Source: Snowella sp.
GTDB lineage: Bacteria; Cyanobacteriota; Cyanobacteriia; Cyanobacteriales; Microcystaceae
Assembly: GCA_035285545.1 (NCBI GenBank)
Contig: JAYKGY010000021.1
Location: 1 to 64,000 of the forward strand
Direction: 5' to 3'
DNA: 64,000 bases
The position numbers were made by a program, and so were the translations under genes. Below the pieces are notes generated by a model. The model was not told the DNA's origin. It made no database searches and worked only from the letters and a program-made list of their open reading frames with translations. Below are positions 1 to 9,651 of the stretch, one piece after another (the stretch's first letter is position 1; each line of letters opens with the position of its first letter).

Positions 1-373
1 ACGAAGTTCGATACTATGTCAGCTACCTACCTAACTTAGATGAACTGGAACGACTAAGCCGTTTTGAAATGAAACAACTTCATGACCAACACTGGAAAAT
101 TGAGACTTTTCATCGAGTTATCAAGCATGTTTGCAACATTGAAAGATTTTACGTGAGAAATACACAAGCTATTCGCAAGCATTTCTTTTGTTCCTTTCGA
201 GCTTTTTCCCATTTGCAGAATCTAGGATTAAATTGCTTAATTCCTAATCTCTATGCGATTTCGCGGCAGTTATTTATTCCCGTGATTCGTCAATTTATTC
301 TTGAACGCTATACTCCTTCTCTTTTAACCTGATGACTGCATATTTTGTTCTTTCTAACAATGCGTAAGTCCTA
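1..373 (+). mobile_element. 3' end of IS701-like insertion sequence: transposase C-terminus (frame open from the window edge to stop at 332) plus right terminal inverted repeat at 357-373
   Basis: Frame is open from position 3 (EVRYYVSYL...HWKIETFHRVIKHVCNIERFYVR), with the WxIExFHR motif of IS4-clan DDE transposases. Ends in ACAATGCGTAAGTCCTA, whose reverse complement lies at 63964-63980. Confidence 0.8.
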
Positions 374-378
374 TATTT

Positions 379-1038
379 TTATTGTTTCAGGGCTAAGGTT
401 AAACCGTCGGCGATCGCGAGAACACTGAGACTAATGCGATCATCGTGGTAAAGCTTTTCATTAAACTCTCTAATGGCTTGGGTTCGTTTATCCTGATCAG
501 TCGGATCAGCCACTTGACCAGACCACAGCACGTTATCAATTAAAATTAAGCCTCCTGCACGAACTAAGCTCAGCGATCGCTCATAGTAATTTTCATAATT
601 TCGTTTATCCGCATCAATAAAGACAAAATCAAAACTTTCCGTTTCTCCTGCTGCAATGAGTTGATCCAAGGTTTCTAAGGCGGGAGCAATGCGTAAATCA
701 ATTTTGTGATCGACTCCTGCTTTTTGCCAAAACTCACGCGCGATCGCGGCATATTGATCACTAATATCGCAGGCAATTATCTTTCCATCAGATGGTAAGG
801 CGAGGGCAACGGCTAAAGCACTATAACCCGTAAAAACGCCAATCTCTAACGTCTTTTTCGCTCCCATTAATTGCACTAACAACGCCATCAATTGCCCCTG
901 CTCAGGAGAAATTTGCATCCTTGCCATTGATAACTTTGCCGTTTCTTCCCGCAACTGCCGTAAACTTTCAGGCTCCCTTAAAGAAATTGATTGAATGTAG
1001 GACGCAATATTAGCATCTAAACCTGTATTTTTACTCAT
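379..1038 (-). CDS. Cation-dependent class I O-methyltransferase (caffeoyl-CoA OMT family)
   Basis: LEIGVFTGYS SAM motif, FDFVFIDADK and DNVLWSG. Confidence 0.92.
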   Translation of the reverse strand: MSKNTGLDANIASYIQSISLREPESLRQLREETAKLSMARMQISPEQGQLMALLVQLMGAKKTLEIGVFTGYSALAVALALPSDGKIIACDISDQYAAIAREFWQKAGVDHKIDLRIAPALETLDQLIAAGETESFDFVFIDADKRNYENYYERSLSLVRAGGLILIDNVLWSGQVADPTDQDKRTQAIREFNEKLYHDDRISLSVLAIADGLTLALKQ

Positions 1039-1517
1039 AAATTCACATTATTTGGCAACCAACTTTCATCTAATGCTTGCTCTGGCGTTAAGATAGGAGC
1101 AGTAGGAAAAATGTCGTTAGATAATCCCGTTTTTACAATCGTAATATCTCTTGCATCTTGATAACATTCTTCAAAAATTTCCAGAAAATAGGGTTTTAAA
1201 CTGGGATTTTTTTTGAGTACCCGTTTGATCTGTTTTCGTTGCTCAATAATTGTTCCTTGCCAACCTCGTTGATTATAATCTTTTTCTTGAACCCAATAGG
1301 CTAATTTCAATAAATGCTCAAATAAAACAATTAAACGACTTTCTAATTGATTTTTTTGCTCATTACCCAACGCTTCTAATTCCTCTAAAAGATGTTGCCA
1401 ATCAACGACACTAAATTGCTGATTTTCTATTTGTTGCCTAGTGATTTCTAGCCATTGATAAAAATCATCGGTATAACCCGATTCTTGAAGTTCATTACTT
1501 AATAATAGGGGATTCAT
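1035..1517 (-). CDS. DUF29 family protein
   Basis: YTDDFYQW, DWQHLLEELEALG, HLLKL and NPSLKPY are the DUF29 pattern. Confidence 0.88.
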   Translation of the reverse strand: MNPLLLSNELQESGYTDDFYQWLEITRQQIENQQFSVVDWQHLLEELEALGNEQKNQLESRLIVLFEHLLKLAYWVQEKDYNQRGWQGTIIEQRKQIKRVLKKNPSLKPYFLEIFEECYQDARDITIVKTGLSNDIFPTAPILTPEQALDESWLPNNVNL

Positions 1518-1563
1518 TTGATTAAATACAACATCAAAAAAATAAAAGGTTTCAATTTTTTAA

Positions 1564-1588
1564 GTAGGGACATAATACTATTATGTCC
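1564..1588 (+). repeat. REP-like element (GTAG followed by a perfect palindrome)
   Basis: GTAG GGACATAATA C TATTATGTCC; intergenic. Confidence 0.6.
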
Positions 1589-1611
1589 TTGGTAAAATCT
1601 ATTTTCTAAAA

Positions 1612-2007
1612 TCAAAGTGTCTTTAAAAAATAAGCTTGATTATCCTGCCAAATTCTGGTTAAAAACTGATGGAGTTTTTGTTTGGAATTTAAATTCACTT
1701 CCTTCGGTTCATCTAAACTAGATAATTGACTAATCAAGGGTATGACCTCCGTATCTAAAGCAGGTCGAAAAAGGGTCAAAGGATAGGCAACATCCGAACT
1801 TAACCTTAAATCTAGCAACTCCTGAGCATCGGAAAAACTATCAATCGGCTGAGCCGTAGCGGGAAAAATGGCGAGCAATAGTGGGCGCATCCAGCACAAT
1901 TTTTTAGATTCAATAATTTGAACCACTTCACCATAAAGATAGCTCTGCTGATGTTCCATGCAGACAATTTGCTGAGGATTAAAGGAACCAATTAGACTAT
2001 CGCTCAT
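1612..2007 (-). CDS. Hypothetical cyanobacterial protein
   Basis: 131-aa ORF co-oriented downstream of rnb; LYGEVVQ..CWMRPL..LFRPALDTEVI looks like a conserved cyanobacterial family. Confidence 0.7.
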   Translation of the reverse strand: MSDSLIGSFNPQQIVCMEHQQSYLYGEVVQIIESKKLCWMRPLLLAIFPATAQPIDSFSDAQELLDLRLSSDVAYPLTLFRPALDTEVIPLISQLSSLDEPKEVNLNSKQKLHQFLTRIWQDNQAYFLKTL

Positions 2008-2034
2008 AGGCTAGAAATCGTTAACAATAGCTTT

Positions 2035-4035
2035 TTAGACTTCATGGGTTAATAATTCTCGAAAACGAATTTCATCACGATGGGGGTCGGCCCGACTGAC
2101 TTGCACCAGTAAGCGATCGCCGAGAGAAACCGGACGTTCAAAACGATGGGCTAATTCTAACCCTAATTCCTCAAACAGAAGAATTCCTAACCCCTCATCC
2201 TCCCGCAACCACCGTAAAACCAAACACTGCCAAACCTGATCCGCATTCCGTCGCAGATATTCTAAGCCCCAATAACGGTTAGTTTGCCGTTCGACTGAAG
2301 TGGCTTCCTGGGAAGATAACGTAACACTATACAGAATTTGCTGAATCTGATCTTCGGCAAAGGGTAATTTATCCCCTCGAAGATGGGCTTTTAGCTGAAA
2401 ATGGGTTAATAAATCCGTATAACGTCGAATCGGGGAAGTTACTTGAGTATAGGTATCTAAACCCAAGCTGGCATGACGATAGGGAGTAACGCTAATCTCA
2501 CTCCGAGGCATACAGCGACGCACCGCACAGGCTCGGACGGGGCCAGGCGGTAAAAGTAACAATTCTTCTTCAGGAGGTAATTCCGGTTGGGGTTGGCCAC
2601 GGAAGGGAACAGGAACCCCATGCTCTTGGCAATAACGCCCTGCCACTTCTCCAGCTAAAATCATCATTTCTGCCACTAATTGCCGTGAAACCGATGCTTC
2701 TAGCAGTTGAATGATCACTTCTTCCTGCTCATTGACCTTAATCACCGCTTCGGGCATTTTGATGTTGATCGCCCCTTGGGATTTCCGCCAACTTTTCCGC
2801 AAGGAAGCCGCTTTTGCTAAAATTTCGATTTCCTGTTCATCTTGGATCTTCATGTGGAGCATTTCATCCACATCATCGTAGGTGAGGCGATAGGTCGGTT
2901 TGATCAGGCTGGCATGGATGGTATAGTCAACGACTTCTCCTAATTCTCCTAAAATCACCCCAAAACTTAAGGCGGGACAGAGTTTGCCTTGGATTAAACT
3001 CATGGGCCCTGTTGCCAACTCTAGGGGAAACATGGAGATCACGCCCGTTGGTAAATATAAGGTCGTACTGCGTCTGCGGGCTTCTAAATCCAATTCATCA
3101 TTCGGCAAAATCAAGCGTGTGGGATCGGCAATATGGATCCAAAGTCGTTCTCGACCATCGGACAATCGTTCCACACTGAGACCGTCATCAATTTCTTCCG
3201 TACTTTCATCATCAATGGTGTAGACCTTGAGGTGAGTCAGGTCTAGGCGATTTTCATCAAGATCCGCTGGGGGCGAGTGTAAGGAGGAGTGGGCCACTTC
3301 AAGCACCTTCTTAGGAAACTGGAGAGGATAGGAACTACGGCGAAGAAATAAATTTTCATGGAATTTCCACCAGCCTAACTTAACAAGGAGATCAAAGGCC
3401 GCTTCAGGAGTCGGCGGGTAATTAATCTGCTCTAGTAAGTCTTGGGCATTGCGGTGAGTCAGTTCGGGTTGCAAAACATAACGTTCCAACGATTCTAACC
3501 GCGGGCGATCGCTGTCTGTCCATTCTATCCCTTCTCCTGCTAGAGCTTGATGTAACCGATCTAAAAATCCGGCTTTTTCTTCCTGACGTTGTTTTTCAAC
3601 GGCGATTTGGTGTTTAATTTCTTGAACCTGATTTTGCGATCGCGGTTCGTAAACCTCGCCCTTATTTTTAAAATAAATTTTATCTTCTGCTAACAAACTG
3701 TGGGCGGCGTAACACAAAACGGGGCTTTTTTCGGAGAAGAGTAATTGAGCCAAGGCAGACGGGGTAACGCTCTCGCCATCTTCTACCAGCAATTCCCAAG
3801 CAACTTCCAGGCTAGAGGGATCGAGATAGGGTTGAACTTCCGTTAAAAAAACTGCAATATTTTGGGGTTGATAAGGGCCACCATCAATTTCATATTCGAT
3901 GCGTTGAGGACGAATTTTATGGGATTGGCCATTCTGATCAATCGCAATCCAATCCTTTTTCCCATCTGGACGATCCATAACCGCAAGACGGCGTTCTCCC
4001 TGCACTCTGAATTCGATCAGCTTTCCTTTTTCCAC
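2035..4035 (-). CDS. rnb: RNase II/RNase R family exoribonuclease
   Basis: TIDDESTEEIDDGLS, LVAEMMILAG and YTQVTSPIRRYTDL RNB motifs. Confidence 0.93.
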   Translation of the reverse strand: MEKGKLIEFRVQGERRLAVMDRPDGKKDWIAIDQNGQSHKIRPQRIEYEIDGGPYQPQNIAVFLTEVQPYLDPSSLEVAWELLVEDGESVTPSALAQLLFSEKSPVLCYAAHSLLAEDKIYFKNKGEVYEPRSQNQVQEIKHQIAVEKQRQEEKAGFLDRLHQALAGEGIEWTDSDRPRLESLERYVLQPELTHRNAQDLLEQINYPPTPEAAFDLLVKLGWWKFHENLFLRRSSYPLQFPKKVLEVAHSSLHSPPADLDENRLDLTHLKVYTIDDESTEEIDDGLSVERLSDGRERLWIHIADPTRLILPNDELDLEARRRSTTLYLPTGVISMFPLELATGPMSLIQGKLCPALSFGVILGELGEVVDYTIHASLIKPTYRLTYDDVDEMLHMKIQDEQEIEILAKAASLRKSWRKSQGAINIKMPEAVIKVNEQEEVIIQLLEASVSRQLVAEMMILAGEVAGRYCQEHGVPVPFRGQPQPELPPEEELLLLPPGPVRACAVRRCMPRSEISVTPYRHASLGLDTYTQVTSPIRRYTDLLTHFQLKAHLRGDKLPFAEDQIQQILYSVTLSSQEATSVERQTNRYWGLEYLRRNADQVWQCLVLRWLREDEGLGILLFEELGLELAHRFERPVSLGDRLLVQVSRADPHRDEIRFRELLTHEV

Positions 4036-4183
4036 CGGGGTTACTCTAAGCGTTATATTAACAATCTATAAAAATTATAAAGGATAGGCAGTACCGACTC
4101 GATCATGCAGAGCTTTCGCTTAAAACTAGTACGTCACATTTCAATAGATTACAATACGTTTATGAGTCTGAGAAAAAAGAATT

Positions 4184-4501
4184 ATGTCAACACCGACTAT
4201 CATCGAAACTGATTTGCGTGAAATTCTAGCAGAAATGAATAAAAAGCTAGATACTATTTCTGCGGATACAAACAGAAGACTAGAGGCTATTTCTAGCGAT
4301 ATTAATCAAGTGCAGATTCGATTGGCGACGGTAGAAACTAAAGTTGATAATCTAGAAAAACGACTGGATAAAATGGAACACCAAATTGAAAAAGTCGAAG
4401 GCAATCAAAGTAAACAGGTTTGGGCTTTGATTGGGATTTTATTTACGGCAGTAGTAGCAACCTCAATTCGTTTTGTCTTGACCGCATTGCCTTCTGCTTG
4501 A
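4184..4501 (+). CDS. Small coiled-coil protein with C-terminal transmembrane helix
   Basis: Heptad-rich body followed by hydrophobic VWALIGILFTAVVA. Confidence 0.7.
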   Translation: MSTPTIIETDLREILAEMNKKLDTISADTNRRLEAISSDINQVQIRLATVETKVDNLEKRLDKMEHQIEKVEGNQSKQVWALIGILFTAVVATSIRFVLTALPSA

Positions 4502-4678
4502 AAACAAGTTAATTGAAGTTTTGAAGCAGTTTTAAAGTGGAATAAATTTAATAATACATTCTTTGTTAATGTTCATTTCACCAACTTACCTTTAAGCAGT
4601 TAAATAGATCGCGATCGCTGAACACTAATTGCTCAACAATAAAAACTATCATGACCAGTTTATTAAATAATTGAACTG

Positions 4679-5026
4679 TTAACTATCGCCTTCTCGTTCA
4701 GGAGAATTATTGCTCGGAGACGCATTATAAAGCGCATCCAATTGTTGACGAGCTTCATCCACATTAACCGATCGCATTACTAATAAAGGTTCATTAATTG
4801 GATTACCGTCTTCATCAAATAACTCAGGATGATAGCTTTTAGCTTTAAAGATACGATTTCCTGAGTTTGCGCTATTGCGTTGACTGTAGGGGCGTTGGGT
4901 TCCCATACTGACCGTAATTAAACTTCTAATCAGATTACTAACCGCTAAAAAGGCAATAATCGTAAAGGCCAAAATATAAAGTAAATGCAACACCTGAGTT
5001 TCTCCATCAAAAAGGGGGGTCAACAA
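4679..5026 (-). CDS. DUF2973 family membrane protein (start probably internal, near VLHLLY)
   Basis: LHLLYILAFTIIAFLAVSNLIRSL, HPEL, EPLLVMRS and ARQQLDALY. Confidence 0.8.
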   Translation of the reverse strand: MLTPLFDGETQVLHLLYILAFTIIAFLAVSNLIRSLITVSMGTQRPYSQRNSANSGNRIFKAKSYHPELFDEDGNPINEPLLVMRSVNVDEARQQLDALYNASPSNNSPEREGDS

Positions 5027-5104
5027 GAAAAGTTTTATCTCAAAAAATTTTAAACGGCTTTTATTATTAGCTTAGCAAGAATTGAAGAAATGCTAGATAT
5101 TGTT

Positions 5105-5431
5105 TTAAAGATTATTTTGTTGTTTATAAGCCCGAAATCGCATCGCAACCTGCCAACATTCGGTAACGAGTTGATGCCAAGGCATTAAAACCGCCATATC
5201 AATACCAACTTTTGCTTCCATTGATTTGAATAACATGACCGCCGATGCAACTTCTTGTTGGCTCTGAATAACCCGATTCAGTAAGTCCGTTTGTTCTTCC
5301 TGAGAAAGAAAGGGAATAGTTTCCGTTTCTAATAAGGTTCTCGCACGGGAAAACCAATAGCGAAAATCTTCCAAAAGCGGCTCAAGGATAGTCGTTAGCA
5401 GTTCTTGCTCAGTAGGGTGAAAGTTAGACAT
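5105..5431 (-). CDS. DUF2605 family protein
   Basis: LEPLLEDFRYWFSR and PWHQLVTECWQV. Confidence 0.82.
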   Translation of the reverse strand: MSNFHPTEQELLTTILEPLLEDFRYWFSRARTLLETETIPFLSQEEQTDLLNRVIQSQQEVASAVMLFKSMEAKVGIDMAVLMPWHQLVTECWQVAMRFRAYKQQNNL

Positions 5432-5559
5432 TAGCTTTAGTTTTAACTGATGATCACCATCCTATCTTAACGTTCTTTACATTTCTTAACATCCCAAAGA
5501 AGGGTTTTAAAATGACTATCTTGTCAACGGTGTTGAACTAGCGTAAAAAATCTCAAAAC

Positions 5560-6270
5560 CTAAGCTTCGTCTTCAAATTTATAGCCTGCGCCAATCACAG
5601 TTTTAATAAAAGTCGGGTTAGAGGGATCAGGCTCAATTTTCTTGCGTAATCGTCGAATATGGGTATCTACCACCCGATCATCCCCAAAAAAGTCATTCCC
5701 CCACAATTTGTCAATTAACTGATTTCGGCTCCAAACGCGACCTGGATAGCTGATGAAGGTACTGAGTAAATTAAATTCTAGGCTGGTTAAATCTAAGGTT
5801 TCTTGTTCTTGATTTTCCAATTGTCGTTTGGCAATGTGTTGGTCTAAATCCAGTTGGAAATGGCGGGTTTGATGAATAGAATTTGCTGTTGCTTCTCCAT
5901 GCCGTAAGCTCCGCCGCAATAACGCCCTAACCCTGGCCACTAATTCTCTGGGGCTAAAAGGTTTAATTAAATAATCGTCGGCACCGGTGGATAAACCAAT
6001 AATGCGGTCAATTTCTTCCCCTTTTGCGGTCAACATTAAAATATAGGGATCTTTTTTGTCGGGTTTTTGTCGAATTCGGGTGCAAACTTCCAATCCATCT
6101 AATTTGGGTAACATTAAGTCCAAAATAATGAGATCGGGTTCGTGCTGTTGAAAGTAATCTAGGGCAGCTAGACCATCGTTGGCGATCGCGCAGGAAAACA
6201 GTTCTCGTTCTAAGGTTTCTTGAATTAAATGGGCAATGTCTAGATCGTCTTCAACAATGAGAATATTCAT
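5560..6270 (-). CDS. OmpR-family response regulator (ORF extends to 6294; likely start MNILIVEDD at 6270)
   Basis: Receiver motifs IVEDD, LDLMLP and KPF; winged helix VDTHIRRLRKKIE..TVIGAGYKF. Confidence 0.93.
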   Translation of the reverse strand: MNILIVEDDLDIAHLIQETLERELFSCAIANDGLAALDYFQQHEPDLIILDLMLPKLDGLEVCTRIRQKPDKKDPYILMLTAKGEEIDRIIGLSTGADDYLIKPFSPRELVARVRALLRRSLRHGEATANSIHQTRHFQLDLDQHIAKRQLENQEQETLDLTSLEFNLLSTFISYPGRVWSRNQLIDKLWGNDFFGDDRVVDTHIRRLRKKIEPDPSNPTFIKTVIGAGYKFEDEA

Positions 6271-6368
6271 GGATTTAGGGCAACTATTCCCCAATGCTAA
6301 ATAAATCGATTATTGGGCCTGTTGAAACTACCGCGTAATCTGATTCTAAAGGATTTAGGTTAGGGGAC

Positions 6369-6484
6369 AAAGGAAAAGACCAGCGATCAATCGCGATGCT
6401 GGTAAAGGTAAATGTTGTTGTTGTTGCGGGAGGGAATCTAGGCTGATCGTTCCCAAAACGAAAAGCTTTCTTTTGACTCCTTTA
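6369..6484 (-). ncRNA. Candidate small RNA or attenuating leader upstream of the response regulator
   Basis: -10 TACAAT (6496-6491), two hairpins, a CUCCC-(CAA)n single-stranded tract, then terminator stem ACCAGC/GCTGGT followed by CTTTTCCTTT. Confidence 0.5.
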
Positions 6485-6493
6485 TAAAAAATT

Positions 6494-6507
6494 GTAACAT
6501 GGAGTAC
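6494..6507. promoter_or_regulatory. NtcA-binding site (GTA-N8-TAC) overlapping a -10 element
   Basis: GTA ACATGGAG TAC, an exact consensus match. Confidence 0.55.
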
Positions 6508-6540
6508 GAAACTTTTATTAAAAAAAATAACTTTTTTTTG

Positions 6541-8277
6541 CTATTTTTGATTATCTATGTATAATGCTACGTTGGGAGGCTGTCCCCATAGAATTTTTTC
6601 CTGCTTATAAACAACCATGCCAGGCTTTGTTCCCTTGGGTTTATAGACATATTTCGGCTTTGTATAAACGACGGGAACTTGTTCGCTTTGTCTGGCTCGA
6701 CTGTAATAGGCTGCCCAATCTGCCGCACATTGTAGGTCACTATCTTCCGCGATCGCGCCTGGAGTTAACCGCAACAAAACATGGCTACCCGCAATTTCTT
6801 GGCTATGAAACCAGAGATCGTAATCTCCTGCAACCCGAAAGGTTAAGTGATCATTTTGGCGATTATTGCGACCAATCCAAATTTCAAAACCCGATGGACT
6901 ACGGTAACAATGGGGTTGAAACATTTCAGAGGGATTACGATTCCGAGAATATTTAATTTCTAAATAGTTTTGCTCAATTAATTCATCCCGAATATCTTCG
7001 AGAGTGACTAAATCTTCAGGGGTTTGATAATTTTCTATTTGGTTAAGGCTGTCTTCAACTTGTTCTAAATACCCAATTTCAGTTTTAACTTCCGCCAATA
7101 AGGGTTCCACCGCATGACGCGCCCGTTTGAGTTTTTGCTGTTGTTTATAGAGCCATTGAGCATTTTGGATCATGCTTTTATCCGGTTGTAAAGAAATGGT
7201 GACAGGTTCCCCCGTTTCAAAATCGGAGAGAGTAATTTCATTCATGCCTGCTTGCCATTGATGCAGATGGGCCATTAACAGATCGGCTTGTTGTCGATAC
7301 CGATCAGCTTGGTCAGATTGCCTTAACCTTTTCTCGAAGGTCTCAGCTTTTTGTTGCAATTTTCCTAAACAGGAATGGACTTTTTGTAGAAGTTGATGGT
7401 GTAATTGTCTAAAATTTTCTTGCCCCAGGCGATCGCGATAATACTCATTAATCAGCGTCTGGACATTACTTACAGGTTGCTGAATGCCGATATTTAGAAC
7501 CGTGTAACCTGTGGCGGTGTAACCTGCTTGAAAATTCCCTGTTTCTAACGTCTTTAACCATTCTTGCCACGCCTTAAATAACTGCGCCCAGTGGGTTTCC
7601 TCTAAACTCGTGGTTAACTGTTCAGGCTCAACATTCGCTGTTTGTAATAATGCGCGAACTACCACAGGACTAAGACCCCGATAAATTTTGAGCAATTGTT
7701 TTTGAATCGCCCCTGGAATTAAACTAATGCGTTCTTGCCAGCGATCGCGGGATTCAGATAAGCTCGGAGACACTCCAGTCAAAGCAGGCGGCAATTGGTA
7801 AGGTTGACCCGTTTGAACAGTACGAACGCGGGATTGATTGGCGGTAACTTGATGGGCAACGGTAATAATTTGTTGAGTAGCATCAGTAAGGATGACGTTA
7901 CTATATTTCCCCATGATTTCAACATAAAGATGCCAAATCGGTTCTTCATCGGGACGTTGGGCAATCTGCAAATCTACAACTCGTTCCCAGGGTTCTGTAA
8001 TCTCAATGGCAGTTAAAGCGTAACCATTTAATTGATGACGCAGTTGATCGCTAAAGGTGAATGTATCGGGGGTTCGAGGCGGCGCATCCCCTAAACAAAT
8101 TCTTGCGGCTTGTGGATGCCAGGATAGGGTTAACCAACCTCGTTGTTTTAAAGTTCGTAGGGCAATACAAATGGTATAGCGATCGCGCTGATAAACCTGT
8201 TCAATACGGGCAGGTAACCACTGGGAGCGTAAATCCTGACAAATTGCGGTAAGGGTTGTAAAGTCAACTGGCTGCAT
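6541..8277 (-). CDS. rqcH: NFACT / Rqc2 homologue (FbpA family) ribosome quality-control protein
   Basis: EIMGKYSNVIL, GRNNRQND, DLWFHSQEIAGSHV and AAYYSRAR. Confidence 0.92.
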   Translation of the reverse strand: MQPVDFTTLTAICQDLRSQWLPARIEQVYQRDRYTICIALRTLKQRGWLTLSWHPQAARICLGDAPPRTPDTFTFSDQLRHQLNGYALTAIEITEPWERVVDLQIAQRPDEEPIWHLYVEIMGKYSNVILTDATQQIITVAHQVTANQSRVRTVQTGQPYQLPPALTGVSPSLSESRDRWQERISLIPGAIQKQLLKIYRGLSPVVVRALLQTANVEPEQLTTSLEETHWAQLFKAWQEWLKTLETGNFQAGYTATGYTVLNIGIQQPVSNVQTLINEYYRDRLGQENFRQLHHQLLQKVHSCLGKLQQKAETFEKRLRQSDQADRYRQQADLLMAHLHQWQAGMNEITLSDFETGEPVTISLQPDKSMIQNAQWLYKQQQKLKRARHAVEPLLAEVKTEIGYLEQVEDSLNQIENYQTPEDLVTLEDIRDELIEQNYLEIKYSRNRNPSEMFQPHCYRSPSGFEIWIGRNNRQNDHLTFRVAGDYDLWFHSQEIAGSHVLLRLTPGAIAEDSDLQCAADWAAYYSRARQSEQVPVVYTKPKYVYKPKGTKPGMVVYKQEKILWGQPPNVALYIDNQK

Positions 8278-8323
8278 ATTTCCATTTTAGGGTCAGGGGG
8301 AATTTTGCGATCGCCGACTCATT

Positions 8324-8587
8324 TTGGATGAAGCAAAACGACTTACTAATCTTCGTAAACACGGTATAGATTTTGCCGATGTTCCTGCCGTATTTGATGG
8401 AGACATCTTAACCGTTGAAGATGAGCGTCTCGATTATGGTGAACAGCGTTTTGTCACATTCGGTTTACTAAAAGGGCGAGTTATTGCCGTTGTCCATACA
8501 GAACAAAATGATGTCATTCGTGTTATTTCTTCAAGAAAGGCAACGAAATATGAACAACAAACCTACTTCGAGCAACTCTCAAACTGA
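8324..8587 (+). pseudogene. brnT: BrnT-family toxin, apparently lacking its first residues
   Basis: DEAKRLTNLRKHGIDF..RVISSRKAT. The usual M-x-F-E-W N-terminus is absent and only a TTG start is available. Confidence 0.75.
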
Positions 8588-8816
8588 TTGGCAACGATTA
8601 GACGCAATGAGCGACGAAGATATTGATTTTTCGGACTGCCCAGAAATTACACCTGAAATGTTTGCTAAGGCCGTAGTGCGGCGAAAAGTTTCCGTAACCC
8701 AGGCTAAAGCTCAAGTTACGCTCTCCATTGATAATGATTGGTTTAAATCTCAGGGAAAAGGCTATCAGACACAGATTAATGAATTGCTTCGAGCCTATAT
8801 GGAAGCACACCAATAG
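8550..8816 (+). CDS. brnA: BrnA-family antitoxin (RHH), with an apparent 3-aa deletion
   Basis: TDWQRLDAMSDEDIDFSDCPEIT..WFKSQGKGYQTQINELLRAY; ATG at 8550 overlaps the toxin. Confidence 0.85.
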   Translation: MNNKPTSSNSQTDWQRLDAMSDEDIDFSDCPEITPEMFAKAVVRRKVSVTQAKAQVTLSIDNDWFKSQGKGYQTQINELLRAYMEAHQ

Positions 8817-8894
8817 TACTTTTTTCAAAATACCTTAATCAAGATTGCGCTAGGCTAACACATCCTACATCATTCATTGCTGATATTGTCATTG

Positions 8895-8987
8895 TTATCG
8901 TACCCCAATCAGTCCTTCCTCTGGAGACGTTGTAGCATCAATTCCCCGCATTATTAAACATTTCGCGATCGCATTTGTTATATTGCT
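8895..8987 (-). pseudogene. Remnant of DUF5615 (PIN-like) toxin N-terminus
   Basis: Manual translation gives NITNAIAKCLIMRGIDATTSPEEGLIGVR*, resembling the AIAxxLRxRGIDVTTTPEEGLIG stretch of DUF5615 proteins. Confidence 0.55.
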
Positions 8988-8988
8988 T

Positions 8989-9318
8989 CTATCTACTAGC
9001 TCTTTCTTTTGCCTTGTCGTAAGCTGGATCATGCTGATCAAAACTAATCACAAAAACTCGCTTTGGTGACGGTTTTTCATAAATCCGATAGACTAATCTA
9101 TAAGCCACTCCGTCAAAATCTATCTCTAAAGTACGGTAATCCTTAAGTCTTCCCTTAAGAGGATGATTAAGAAATCCTAGACAACGATAGGGATCTTGAG
9201 CCAAAACTGTGGTACAAATATCTTGAAAATCTTCTTGCAAACTTTCAGACAAATTAGATAAATCTTCAGTTTTAACTAATTGATGAATCTGTAGTTGGTA
9301 TTTGGATTTTATAGCCAC
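8989..9318 (-). CDS. RelE/ParE-family toxin
   Basis: HPLKGRLKDYRTLEI..YRLVYRI..VFVISFDQHDPAY; overlaps the upstream acidic ORF. Confidence 0.75.
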   Translation of the reverse strand: MAIKSKYQLQIHQLVKTEDLSNLSESLQEDFQDICTTVLAQDPYRCLGFLNHPLKGRLKDYRTLEIDFDGVAYRLVYRIYEKPSPKRVFVISFDQHDPAYDKAKERASR

Positions 9319-9514
9319 GTTTTTTTAAACGCTCCCAACCTGCTTGAACATCAATTTCTTCCCCTTCTTCAACAAGAGTTATCAACTGGCTCGGTAAATC
9401 AGAATCTAAATTTTCTAGTCTTTGTAATGCTTTTCCTTCAGCCGAGTTAGGATTGATATAGATAACCTCTCCATCAACTTCTAAAAGTATTTTCGAGACA
9501 GTAGTTTGAGTCAT
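9272..9514 (-). CDS. Putative antitoxin partner of the RelE-like toxin
   Basis: Small acidic ORF directly upstream of and overlapping the toxin. Confidence 0.6.
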   Translation of the reverse strand: MTQTTVSKILLEVDGEVIYINPNSAEGKALQRLENLDSDLPSQLITLVEEGEEIDVQAGWERLKKRGYKIQIPTTDSSIS

Positions 9515-9651
9515 AATAATAAAATAATAATAACCCTGTCACCCCATTTTAATCCATCAAGAGGAATTAGCACGCAATCTATGCTTAATCTAGAAAATTT
9601 TATCAACAAACCAAAATTCTAGATCGCTTTAACCTTGGAAACTGCGATCAT

